A stretch of 64,000 bases of DNA. It comes from Mytilus trossulus. Lineage: Eukaryota. Location: contig NC_086377.1 of NCBI RefSeq assembly GCF_036588685.1, positions 69,068,001 through 69,132,000 on the forward strand. The letters run 5' to 3'. A program made the position numbers and the translations under genes. The notes below the pieces were generated by a model. It saw nothing but the letters and a program-made list of their open reading frames with translations. It had not been told where the DNA came from and did not search any database. This document shows, piece by piece, positions 52,201 through 62,618 of this stretch. Position 1 is the first letter of the stretch, and the number at the start of each line of letters is the position of its first letter.

Positions 52201-52967
52201 GTGATAGAGTTGCTTCTGCTGCTGTCTTCAGGGACAGAGCTGCAACCCTCCGTTTGCCATCTGATGCATCCATCTTTACTGCTGAAGCAGAAGCAATAGT
52301 TTTGGCTTTAAAATTTATTGCTTCTTCAGACAAATCCAAATTTATTATATGTTCGGATTCACTTTCATGTTTACAAGCTATACGAAATACTAAAATTAAA
52401 AACCCAACAATCCTGAAAATTTTATATGTAATGAGGAATTTAAAAATTCTTCTGAAAGAAATAATATTTCTATGGGTTCCGAGTCATGTTGGAATCCTTG
52501 GAAACACAGCTGTAGACCTTGAGGCAAAGAATGCCCTGGGTGACCCTCTATCGAACTGTGATATACCATATACTGATTTTAAATCTATTATTAGGGAATA
52601 TGTTTTTAATATATTGAAAAATAAATGGAGTAAAAAAGATGAAAATAAATTGCATGAAATTAAACCTAATTTAGGCAAACCTTTTAATAATATTATGTGC
52701 AGAAAAGATCAGTGTGTTATTACTAGATGCCGTATTGGTCATACTAGAATAACACACGAGTATCTTTTAAAAAATGAAGATGAACCACACTGTGTTCCTT
52801 GCAACTGCAAATATACTATTAAACATGTTTTAATTAATTGTATTGACTTTGCTGATATTCGTAAGAAACATTTCAATGTCAATAATATGTATGATTTATT
52901 TAATAATGTTCCATTTACAAATATTGTTGCTTTTTTAAAAGAAATTGGAATTTATTATAGAATATAA
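49296..52967 (+). CDS. LINE ORF2p: APE endonuclease, reverse transcriptase, RNase H, C-terminal CCHC (1223 aa)
   Basis: QWNCRG, LQETH, GDFNAH, SDHFP; YRPIALTS, QCGFR, DLEKAYD, GVPQGSILS, YVDD; YTDGS, TAEAEAI, SDSLS, WVPSHVGILGN; CVPC...HVLINC. Confidence 0.97.
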   Translation: MTNIIQWNCRGLKINLLELTLLVQSFLPIAFCLQETHLKESDNVSLKGYNMYSTFSKVDERAAGGSSIFVKDNVIHSTVQLTTDLQAVAIRLSLDKTITLCSIYIPPNSIIDKAKLKNLTDQLPSPFILMGDFNAHNPLWGSKTHNAKGKIIEDFVSQEGLCIFNDGSNTYLHPGNGSYSSIDITICDPSLLLDYSWRVHDDLCGSDHFPIVLEHLFNSAQQRVPRWKLDKADWSLFENLCRAELQSKMFETVQDPILTFNTVLTSIADRTIPKTSANPKHPSKPWFDDACDQAIGDRKKSERRFNQQPTTENLSNFRIFRAKARRTCRQARRTSWKKFVSGITSRTPMTKVWNMVNKIKGKNSKATVKHLKDGNTLLTSEKDIANKLGETFAKSSSCNNYREDFKKVKKQKEKIKLNFKSKNGENYNKLFSLEELKTSLSKAHDTACGPDNIHYQLLKHLPDSSLEALLQLMNNIWESGDLPSIWKLATVVPIPKPSKDHTDPINYRPIALTSCVCKTLERMVNDRLVWFLESNGLLANIQCGFRQGRSTLDHLVRFESFVRNGFAKNEHVVSVFFDLEKAYDTAWKYGILKDLFDMGLKGNMPNFISNFLSNRQFNVRVNSTMSDLYDQEMGVPQGSILSVTLFSLKINSLVEVLKSNIEGSLYVDDFLICYRGKNMNNIERQLQLCLGRIEKWASENGFKFSTSKTVGMHFCNKRKLHLDPELTLYGNPIKMVDETKFLGLLFDKKLTFLPHIKMLKARCLKALDILKVVGSTDWGADRNILLNLYRSIVRSKLDYGSIVYGSTRKSYIQILDAVHHQGLRLCLGAFKTSPVESLYVEADEHSLTDRRLKLGLQYAVKLKAHSDNPAYSCVFNPIYEDIFAKHENKIPPLGLRLKPHLASFDLKSVAQVQTCKCPPWELPKPKMIFDLREHNKNKTNPLLIQQHYAEIKADYLDFSTVYTDGSKDGDRVASAAVFRDRAATLRLPSDASIFTAEAEAIVLALKFIASSDKSKFIICSDSLSCLQAIRNTKIKNPTILKILYVMRNLKILLKEIIFLWVPSHVGILGNTAVDLEAKNALGDPLSNCDIPYTDFKSIIREYVFNILKNKWSKKDENKLHEIKPNLGKPFNNIMCRKDQCVITRCRIGHTRITHEYLLKNEDEPHCVPCNCKYTIKHVLINCIDFADIRKKHFNVNNMYDLFNNVPFTNIVAFLKEIGIYYRI

Positions 52968-54169
52968 AATTGTTATTATATTTAAATCGATTTTAATTTT
53001 TATCACGTTATTTTACTTTTGATTTTTATTTGTATATACTCAATTTGCTTTAGTCAAGAATTTTAGTATATTGAAGGACCTTTTGTCTTTTTTTAAAAAT
53101 ATGCTTTAAATTGTAAAAATAGTCGAATTAGCTCTCGCCGCGATATAGCCTTTTTGTGCTAATGCGGCGTAAAGCAACCAACAATCAATCAATCAATCAA
53201 TCGTATAATGACCTGCCGACATCATCAGTAAATTTGTCATATGAGGATTATTTTAGAGCATGTACACCACCTTCTTGACGATTGAAATAAATATAACATT
53301 CCAAAAACACCTTATTTTAAAGTGTTTCGGGACTTTCTAAGTGAAAGACCTCGCTTGAGTATAGTTTCTCAATGCCATCCTCAGAGTGTATCGTAACATC
53401 CCTTCCTTTCCTTTTTTTTATATTTTCACATGACATGATTTAATGTCTTAAACTCTCTATCCTTCCTTAAGCTAAATTCCAGTTTGTTTGTTTGACAAGT
53501 CAGATGACGAGATAATGCAGCCCTGAAACTGATCGATGTTGATTTAGAATATTCCGTGCCCTTTATAGTTTGAAGGCTTCATACCAACATTTGTTAGTTT
53601 TGTATGATTAAAACATTTTAGTTTTAGGCGTGGGATGTTATAGACCTCTTTTTGGTCTTTCTGGTTATCGGAATTGCACGACATAATTGAGTCTCTTTAT
53701 ACATGTGGTTGTAAAATGTCAGACGAATTAAATTTTGATCGTAAATCGTGACTTCAATCTAATAGTCCCTCCCTCCTAAGGAACAATAATAAGGATTGAG
53801 GTCTACGACAAAAGAAACATGGAACCACTGATATGAATTACAGGCTTTTGACTTCAAACAGGCACATGCATAAATAATGTGGCAGGGTTACACTTCCCCT
53901 AACCTATGATAGTGGTATAACAGTACAACATAAAACTCTAAAAATCAGTTGAAAAGGCTTTAATCACCAGATGGACAAAAAAAAGTGGACGTTGCAGGGT
54001 ACTTATACATCTCGACATAATAAGAATCAATGAACAGATATGAGAGTACTTGCAGTTATCTGACAGCTGAGTCAAAGCCACCAACAACTGATAAAGAAAT
54101 CATGCATCCACGAAATGCCAACTAATACGGTAGATGTCATATATACACTTGCGAGAGGTATTCCTATTA

Positions 54170-54377
54170 CTGTGGATTCATTACTATTCGTTGGATACCA
54201 ATTTTCGTAGATTTCGAGGGTACCGGTGAACAACGAAATCAAATGTTCAACGAATAACAGATTTTCAATAGGCTTTGAATATAGAGATTGACAAAACCAC
54301 GAAATCAAATGTCCACGAATATGCAAGTTTATAGCAATCCACGAATTTGATACCCACGAACATAAATGAATCCACAG
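54170..54377. mobile_element. TA-TSD MITE related to 24649-25425
   Basis: TA|CTGTGGATTCATT...AATGAATCCACAG|TA with CCACGAA repeats. Confidence 0.8.
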
Positions 54378-54623
54378 TATTAGGACAATCCATAAATCTG
54401 AACACCTTTAATAAAATTTGCGATAAGGATTCATCTGTTGAAAAAGGCCTTGCTGTTAGACAACTTGCTTTAGAACATCCTTTTCATCTGAGAAGAATCT
54501 ATCTGTGATAGGAGGGCTGCACACTTAAAATCAGCATTCAGAAAATATGTCTTGAAGGACATGATGTGTACACTGCAACTGAATTTAAAGAAGTACTTCA
54601 GATATGCAGTGTTAGAAATGAAC

Positions 54624-55238
54624 TTTATGTTCTTATTCAATACTTCAAACGATCTTAAAGCATTTACAAAGTAAAAACTCAACACAGTTTTTGGTTATCA
54701 GCTCGTCCCGACAGCACAGAAAGCTTATTTTTATTATATACAATAAACAAATGTCAAATTTGCTGTCATCGACCGCTGCCATCACATATAAACACAATCT
54801 ACAATAGAAAAATGTTCTATAAGTTGAAGAAAAAATCTTTTCAATTTACATACATGTATCTAATGAACTATTTTCTACATAACATACTGATTCACATTCC
54901 TATGAAGTCTTAATAAAAGGGGTGGGTGGGTGTTAAACGAACCTTTCTGTCGGATAGGCGAACCTCGAATGACAATTCTAGACTATCTTATTATAATTTT
55001 AGCGCTAAAATTTTAGCATGAAGTTATCATGATTTATATAACTTAAACCGGTAATAACTTACTGATAGTCCAATCAAATTAAACATAAACATGTTTTGAT
55101 TTAAACGTGTTAAAAGTAAACAAATACACGTGTTCCCGAGTAACCTTTATAAATACATTTATGTTCTTATTCAATACTTCAAACGAACATAAAGCATTTA
55201 CAAAGTAAAACACCGTTTTGGTTATCAGCTCGCCCCGA
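54624..55238 (+). repeat. ~85-bp local direct repeat (54624-54711, 55158-55238)
   Basis: tttatgttcttattcaatacttcaaacga...ttttggttatcagctcg occurs twice. Confidence 0.75.
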
Positions 55239-55299
55239 AAGCTTCGATTGATAAAGAAAGGGACATAAAGACAAAGGGGGAAATATTTTAATGAAAAAT

Positions 55300-55990
55300 A
55301 AAGGCAACAGTAGTATACCGCTGTTCAAAACTCATAAATCCATGGACAAAAAACAAAATCGGGGTAACAAACTAAAACCGAGGGAAACGCATTAAATATA
55401 AGAGGAGAACAACGACACAACACCGAAACGGACCAAGCAACATACAAAACACCACGAGAATAACAAATATAACATCAAAACCAAATATATAAATTAGGGA
55501 TAGACAAGAACCGTGCCACGTCTTATCTCAAAAATAAGAGAAAACACAAACGACTCAACGTTAAAATACAACACACACACATAGAAACAAACAATATTAT
55601 AACAATGGCCATCTTTCTGACTTGGTACAGGACACTTTTAAAGGGGACTTAAAGTGGTGGGTTGAACCTGGTTTTATGGCATGCCAAACCTCGCACTTTA
55701 ATGGCACAGTTAAATATAACATTGAAATGAAAACAAAATATTACAGGACTACAATACAAATAAAAAGCAGAACATATTAGACAAAGAAAATCATGATTAA
55801 TAGATAACAAAAAGCATCAGGTTTAAAATTCAATACGCCAAAAACGCGTCTAGTCCACACGAGACTCACCAGTGACGCTTAGATATAAAAGATCGAAAGT
55901 GAAAAAAATACAAAATTGTACAGCACTGAAGATCAAAAGTTGAAAAGGTTTTGCCAAATACGGCATTTTTTGTATGCCCAGGATAAGAAC
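55300..55990 (-). mobile_element. Hammerhead-bearing (Penelope-like) repeat copy; ribozyme remnant at 55835-55878
   Basis: Minus strand GCGTCA-CTGGTGA-GTCT cgtgt GGAC-TAG-ACGCGT-..-TGGCGT, followed by the same body as 20200-20545. Confidence 0.7.
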
Positions 55991-56721
55991 ATTCATATTA
56001 TATAAAACAATTCAAGTATTTGAAACCATCTGTTGGTATATATATGTTCTTAAACGATACATTAAACCAATTCTAAAAGACATTTTAGAACCCATGAGGT
56101 ATATTTGATAATACCATGACAAACAATTATCAATAGTTACTTCAACAATTTTTCATAATCAGCATTTTCTAACCTACTAACATAGATTTTGATTTACCTT
56201 TTTTATTAACATATTATTATCTTTACACCATTCTGAAATATTATCCACATTTGTATTTAATATAAGAATTATATTACTTATTGATTTAGATGAGTAATGA
56301 ACCGTAGCATCATCTGCATATATAAGTCATATAATACTGTTCAGTATTCATTTAATATACATGAAATAAATTTACAAGAAAACTTAGGAAGTTAATCATA
56401 TATAAACCTTTCATACACATAGTTACTGCCTGTCGTGGAAGATGTTTCACCAAAAAATGTAACCTAGAACCACCGTCCATGATTCAAAGTGAATGACTTA
56501 ATAAGCTCATTGATCATACACGGTTTCATTTAATCAAGCATGCATGAATTCTTATTTCTAAGACCCATCACAACCAATATAGCATATATATTTTATATTT
56601 ACCCCACTAACCATGCAAATAAAATACAAGGGGAGCAAAATCCTCAAAAAAAAATAATCTGAAAATGTTCACAAGACAATCACTAAAAGAAGATTTTATT
56701 TATCATTTTTCAATTTTTCAG

Positions 56722-58204
56722 AAGTATTTCCACGTGGTGGTTTGTTGAATGCATATGGGAAGAACTTATGCTATGCAAACGCCCTTTTACAGTGTTTAAT
56801 AATGGCCGACCTTCATAAAGTTTTCCAATATCATCAAAATTGTAAAGGTATTTGTTTTTTTGCTCCGAATTGAAAAAATAAAACTGGTGTATTGATTTGT
56901 ATATCATAATATATTGCTGAGAAGATAATATGTAAATAATGAACGGAATTTTAATTCATGAAATTTAGGGGCATATATGGTAGTTTATAAATTAGGTGGT
57001 CATCTCAAAAGCCTCTCGTTTTTATACCCCTGCTCCTGTTTTGCTTTAGCCTGTCCATCCGTACATTCTTTCTGTATGTATGCCATATGGTGGGATATAC
57101 ACATTTTTAGGCAATTCCTTCAACAACTTCCTGTTAAAAAAACACCTTTATTATCGTATTTTTTTTTATATTTCAGTGCCACAAACATGTTTTACATGCT
57201 GTTTGAAAGATTTTATGCAGACAGCTCCAGTTACTGCTGAACCACTATGTAGAAAAATGACAGGTATAAATCAGATTCCTTTAGCAGTTATTTAAAATGA
57301 ATCCTTTTACCTCTAAAACTGATTTTGAGGTTCTGTGACCATAGAATAAAGGTGTTTGGATTTGGAGTTATGTTTTTTGTCACGTTCACATCAACATCAG
57401 TGCATACAAAAATTCAATTATTTTTTAAAATAATACTATACATTTCGCAAATTTCAAATAAACCTGCAAAGTGGAGCCCTGTAGCTTAATTTTGAACACA
57501 TATTCTAACATTTTCAACAAGTGATACATCTGTCAGTGCATATTTGTTCCTTATAATAAAGTTCCAAAATGAATAGAATTTTATATTGCACAAGCTTACG
57601 ATATATATTCTATGAGTGACAATATTCACGCAATAACCCTTTTATTGTATTATAAAATAATTTTAACCATTTTTGAAGGATAATGAAGTAATAATTTTGA
57701 AGGTATATTGCACTCAGTGCAATATTTGAATATTCAGTATTGCATGCTAGTTTTCCATTGCTTATTATTTGAAAAATTAAATTGCTATACAATAGAATAT
57801 AATATTTTTTCTTTAGGAACATATAATATAGAAATTCTGTCACATTACATATCCTCTGCATTAAGATATGCATTTATTAAAGCTTTTTCACTATATTATT
57901 TTCTCTAAATTGGAAGGATTTTGGCCGTAGTATAAAATAGGAGAGCAACAGGACTCACATGAGCTATTTTGCAAAATCATGGAACAAGTCGAAAAAAATA
58001 TTTTCAGGTAATATAATTGAGGTTTAAAAAATAGAAACAATATGATATTTACTGTATAATAAATCCAAAAAGCATGGAAATGGGGAATGTGCCAAAGAAA
58101 CAAAAACCGAACCATTGAAGCAAAAGATCTAATGAATCTAGTCATACCAATATTTTTTTTTATTATACTTCAGCATGCTATCAACAGAAGGACATATTGT
58201 AGAG
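56722..58204 (+). pseudogene. Spliced ubiquitin-specific protease (peptidase C19)-like gene fragment: exons 56722-56847, 57177-57263, 57917-58007, 58174-58204
   Basis: AG/GT-bounded, phase-compatible (1-1,1-1,1-2,2-0) exons give VFPRGGLLNAYGKNLCYANALLQCL...HQNCKVPQTCFTCCLKDF...GFWP*YKIGEQQDSHELFCKIME...; Cys box and QQD box are present; TAG at 57928-57930. Confidence 0.8.
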
Positions 58205-58265
58205 GTATGCAATGAGTATTCTTTCTAAATAAAATCTAGGACTGCCATTTGTTATGGTCCAAACA

Positions 58266-58679
58266 TTGATTGATTTTTGGTTGCTTAAAGTCCATTGGCA
58301 AATATTTCATGCATATTCAGGATGAGAATAAGTTCACAATAAATACAATAGGTAGGTTGATACAATAGAGGCCATCTGGGATGATGGTCGGGGAAATTTG
58401 GACTGCCACTGTAGAACAAGGGTATATTGGATAGGGACAGAAATTTTGCCTTGCAAAAGGCCACCTACGGACCCCTCAAAGAGTTGTTGCAAGGGTTCTT
58501 AACGTGCAAAGAGCGTGGCACTCTCTTTACTCGAGGCATCGGATTTAACGTTCCCCTTCTGATCGGACGTGACTGCGAACTTGATACATCCCGGAGCCAA
58601 ACGGACGCCCCACTTCGGCAAGCGTTTTACTGCCGGTCGGGAGAAGACCAGGTGACCATATTTCTATACCCCAGTCACC
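58266..58679 (-). mobile_element. Full-length (414 bp) SINE-like element with I-group LINE-type tail
   Basis: Head GGTGACTGGGG..., tail TAAGCAACCAAAAATCAATCAA; diverged ~20-bp TSD atttgttatggtccaaaca (58247-58265) / atttggttatatggtcccaaca (58680-58701). Confidence 0.85.
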
Positions 58680-59129
58680 ATTTGGTTATATGGTCCCAAC
58701 AGTTTAGGAATATAAGACTAGCTTTAAGCGAAATTGTCCACACAAATGAATGATTACCGTTAACCATATAAAATGTACTCTTAATCCTGTTAATTGAAAC
58801 CTATTAATTTTGTCCAAAATGCGTTCCAACTACGTGGAAACCGTAATGGGTGGCATATTTGTTGGACTGATAATATATTACCTTTTCAAAAATTATATAA
58901 TAACAAAACACATAAACAAACAGGACATTCACAATTAAATTAACCATTTAAAACACTTACGTGTCATAAGATATGTTTTGAATTCTTTCTTTTTGTGGGA
59001 TCAAATACCTGTATCTGAGCCTGTTGAACCTCACGATACGAATGACTTTTCTTTTACACGGCCGAGTAGAAGTGCTGCACTGGACAACATTCCTACGTCT
59101 CTTTCTCAGCCCGTAGATGTTAACAACAA

Positions 59130-59400
59130 ACTAAGTGTGAGCGAGTTTTCACGTTTCTATTAAAGAAAGATATTTTGATGTCAAGATTTAACCGTTTCAA
59201 TGGCCGTCAATAATCGTATTCACTTTGGAAATCAGGAATAAAAGCTTATACAAAGGGACTTGAACTAACTGGAATTGAGGAAAGCGAATTTTTCTTTAAG
59301 TGGCTTGGTCCCGAATCATCTAAGTTTGGTCAAAAGCTTTCGGACATCAAACATAAATGATCCATATACAGGATTATAAAAGATACGGCAAAGGCATTTT
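59130..59400 (+). pseudogene. Gag remnant of a second BEL/Pao family
   Basis: LLKKDILMSRFNRFNGRQ*SYSLWKSG...EESEFFFKWLGPESSK...SNINDPYTGL*KIRQR. Confidence 0.6.
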
Positions 59401-60328
59401 TATATAATATTCTATGGAACCTTAGCAATGCAACAGTGGGGTGATTCTTGCAACATATCACTCATATAAATCTTGCTTCCACACATTTCTATATCTGGGG
59501 AAGTAATCCTGGAGTGGACAAACGTGTGTTGCGTTTTATGCAATGTCCATATCCTCTTTGATTTACCAAAAAAAATATAACCATGGCCAATCATCAACTT
59601 GTAAAACCAAAGTGCTGGATAGCACCCTTGGAAAGTTTGCAACGGTAGATTGTAATGTTTCAAATATATATTGTAAATGTGGAGATTGCGTGTAACTTTT
59701 TTTCCTACTTTATCAAGAAATAATTGTATCAGACTCTAAAAATAAGTCTGTCCATCGGTTGCCTGACGTTGAATAAGGTCCAATAAAAATTGGTCCGGTC
59801 CAGTAAAGTTATATGCACAAGTGACGTCTATGTATTACACCTGTATATCATTCAAATCTTCTTGAAATCATTTACAGTAATATTTATGATTAAGGGGTGG
59901 AGATCTAGACAGTTTACAAGTTGTCAAACAGGCAGGAGGTAGGGGTAAGGGTGACCCATGGGGACTAGCCTTTTAAGTTATCTGATATGTTTTATTATTC
60001 CGTTCAAGAATATATGTTGTTAACGTAGGGATTTTGACAGTTTTCAAGTTTTCGAAAAGGGGGTGGATCTTGACTGTTTACAAGTTCTCAGATGGGGTCA
60101 GGTTACAGCGGGGGACTCTCCTTATATTTCATTTTGTTCGTTTTATTGTACAATACAAAAATACAAAAACATTCAAAAATTCGAAAAAAGAATTCCTGTA
60201 TCCAGAAATGGTCATACCAGATATCCAAGGGTCCCATTGAAGGTCATATCTTCCAGCTGTATATAGCCAACAAACTTAAGAAATGATCTTTCTAATTATA
60301 ATGCATTGCAATTCAGATAATTTTTCAG

Positions 60329-60472
60329 ATTTTTAAAACAACAGAAGAATTAGAGGAACATAGTATTGACTTAGTCAAAGGATTTAATGAGCCAAAAGTA
60401 AGAACAATTGGTGAGGGAAAACTGTTGGAAATAGGTACAAGGCTAACAGTTGCTAATGTACAGATCAAAAAG
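60329..60472 (+). CDS. 144-nt phase-0 exon of unknown product, locally duplicated (partial copy 60490-60569; dead copy 61099-61242)
   Basis: tttttcag|IFKTTEELEEHSIDLVKGFNEPKVRTIGEGKLLEIGTRLTVANVQIKK|gt; the third copy has TAA at codon 3 and a mutated donor. Confidence 0.5.
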
Positions 60473-61255
60473 GTGTTTTGTATTTACGTCAAAAGTAAGA
60501 ACAATTGGTGAGGGAAAACTGTTGGAAATAGGTACAAGGCTAACAGTTGCTAATGTACAGATCAAAAAGGTATGTTTAATCTTGAAATGTCAAGTAGGAC
60601 TATTCATTTAAAATGTCTGTAGCAAGGAACTTTTCAATATCCTTACAAGCAAGAACCATTTTGTAGGTTATTTTGCATAATGGTAATACATCCATACTGA
60701 AACTATAGGCATGTGCAGGTGTCACTCACCTTGGTCTATGTGCTGTTAATTTGCTGCCCTTGATTTAAAAATTCAAGGAAATTCAGTGGTTTGGTTATTA
60801 TCTTGAATATTATTATAGATAGAGATAAACTGTATACAGCAATAATGTTCAGCAAAGTAAGATTTACAAATAAGTCAACCTAAATTAGGGAGGGTAAGAG
60901 GGGTTCTGATCCCCAAATCCTGGGCTTTAAAGCACTAAATCCGGATGTACCGAAATTTTAATAAACTTAATCCAAACATCCAAAAATTCGACAAAAAGAA
61001 TTCCCATTGAAGGTCCTATCTTCCAGCTGTATATAGCCAACAAACTTAGGAAATGATTTTTCTAATTATAATGCATTGCAATTCATTTAATTTTTCAGAT
61101 TTTTTAAACAACAGAAGAATTAGAGGGACATGGTATTGACTTAGTCAAAGGATTTAATGAGCCAAAAGTAAGAACAATTGGTGAGGGAAAACTGTTAAAA
61201 ATAGGTACAAGGCTAACAGTTGCTAATGTACAGATCAAAAAGATGTTTTGTTTTT

Positions 61256-61297
61256 ACGTCAAAAGTAAGTTTCGTCTACAAAACTCACCAGTGACAC
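61256..61297 (-). ncRNA. Degenerate type I hammerhead ribozyme
   Basis: GTGTCA-CTGGTGA-GTTT tgt AGAC-GAAA-(stem III lost)-TGACGT. Confidence 0.55.
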
Positions 61298-61968
61298 AAA
61301 TGCAACAGATAAATAACAAGTAAAGAAATGAACAAAAAAGTTACATTACAAATTCCCAACGGCTAGTTTAAGAAATAAAGTTCTATGCAGACCAGTGGAA
61401 AGCCAAGGTGTGCATCACATTTGCAAGAAGATTTAGTTGACATGCAGAAACATGAAGTCGCATATAGAAACAAAACTTTAACGTATGTTTAAGTATTTTG
61501 GTTGTTTTCAGTAGATATGTTCGACTTCGTCCGTGCCAGACGTGAATTAAAACGGATGTTTTGTGAATTTGGAGATCAATAAGTAATAAAGCATGATTGT
61601 TGTGGTTGTACCACATATTACATATGTATTTCTGATAAGTATTTTAAAACTCACTTCATTATTATCGGACCGTCTAAAACATCCCTGAAGCAGAAACAAA
61701 TGTACAAGCAAATAAGAAGATGTGGTATGACTGCAATCATACAACTCTCCATCCAAGTAACAATGTATAAAAATTTAACAATTACAGTTCAAGTTGCGGT
61801 TTGCAACACGGAGACAGGGCAATGTCTACTACAATTAACCGGAACATGTTTTTCATAATACCGTTAGATGAAATTATATTTAATAGTGCCGGTAACGTGT
61901 CCATGTAACTATAACATTTCATGCAAAAAACTGAAGGCCGTAATAAAATTGACGGTACCAATTTTCTT

Positions 61969-62012
61969 GCACCAGATACGCATTTTGACAATACACGTCT
62001 CTTCAGTGATGC
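61969..62012 (-). ncRNA. Minimal type I hammerhead ribozyme (second family), G12A mutation
   Basis: GCATCA-CTGAAGA-GACG tgtat TGTC-AAA-ATGCGTAT-C-TGGTGC; all three stems pair. Confidence 0.75.
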
Positions 62013-62261
62013 TCGTGGCTAAAATATTTGAAATCCAAAGCTTATACAAAAGACAAAGTGCTATAATCCAAAAGGTTAAAAAAGAATAGCCAAATCCGTG
62101 AATGGAATCAGAGCTTTGCATGAGGGAGATACATTCCTTAATTTCTAATAATTTCTAATATTTTGTAACAGCAAGTTTTAATAACACAAAAAAATCCGTA
62201 TTATCATGCCAGTACTAATAGATATAGGAAGATGTAGTCCACCAGCAGAGGCATCGATCCA

Positions 62262-62303
62262 GTGCTAATGCGGCGTAAAGCAACCAACAATCAATCAATC
62301 AAT
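62262..62303 (+). mobile_element. 42-bp extreme 3' fragment of the I-group LINE
   Basis: GTGCTAATGCGGCGTAAAGCAACCAACAATCAATCAATCAAT is identical to the LINE 3' end. Confidence 0.85.
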
Positions 62304-62358
62304 AAAAGGGAAATTTCGACATCTGGTCAATATGAACGGAGAAATCGCTACAGCCAGT

Positions 62359-62430
62359 CATAACGAAATCTCAGTCATGCATTATGAAATCACACCCGTG
62401 CATTACGAAATCACAGTCATGCATTATGAA
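62359..62430 (+). repeat. 21-bp tandem repeat (~3.5 units)
   Basis: cataacgaaatctcagtcatg / cattatgaaatcacacccgtg / cattacgaaatcacagtcatg / cattatgaa. Confidence 0.8.
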
Positions 62431-62618
62431 CAGATGAAACGGGACATCGATGAAATCAAAATGTCGTTTATTTCTTTCATTTTTTTTGAATTTATGAGAA
62501 TTGAGAATAAAATTTGAAAGTTGTGTTTTATATTTGTAAATACACACTTCAGCATTACTCTACACGTAAAGCGCCACCCGTACTGTTTATTTGTTTGATC
62601 AGACTACCCTGCGTGAAA

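Larger units (their letters stand above)
47030..53202 (+). mobile_element. Full-length I-group (Nimb/I-like) non-LTR retrotransposon, apparently intact
   Basis: ~750-bp 5' UTR, ORF1, ORF2, 3' UTR ending GCGGCGTAAAGCAACCAA(CAAT)5C. 5' boundary approximate; no TSD found. Confidence 0.93.

Noticed and set aside
36330-52678. Short antisense or overlapping ORFs within BEL pol and LINE ORFs
   Set aside because: Shadow frames of real coding sequence, with no motifs.
47020-53214. TSD for the full-length LINE
   Set aside because: No direct repeat found; an 8-bp inverted match (AGGTCATT 47024-31 / AATGACCT 53207-14) is short enough to be chance.
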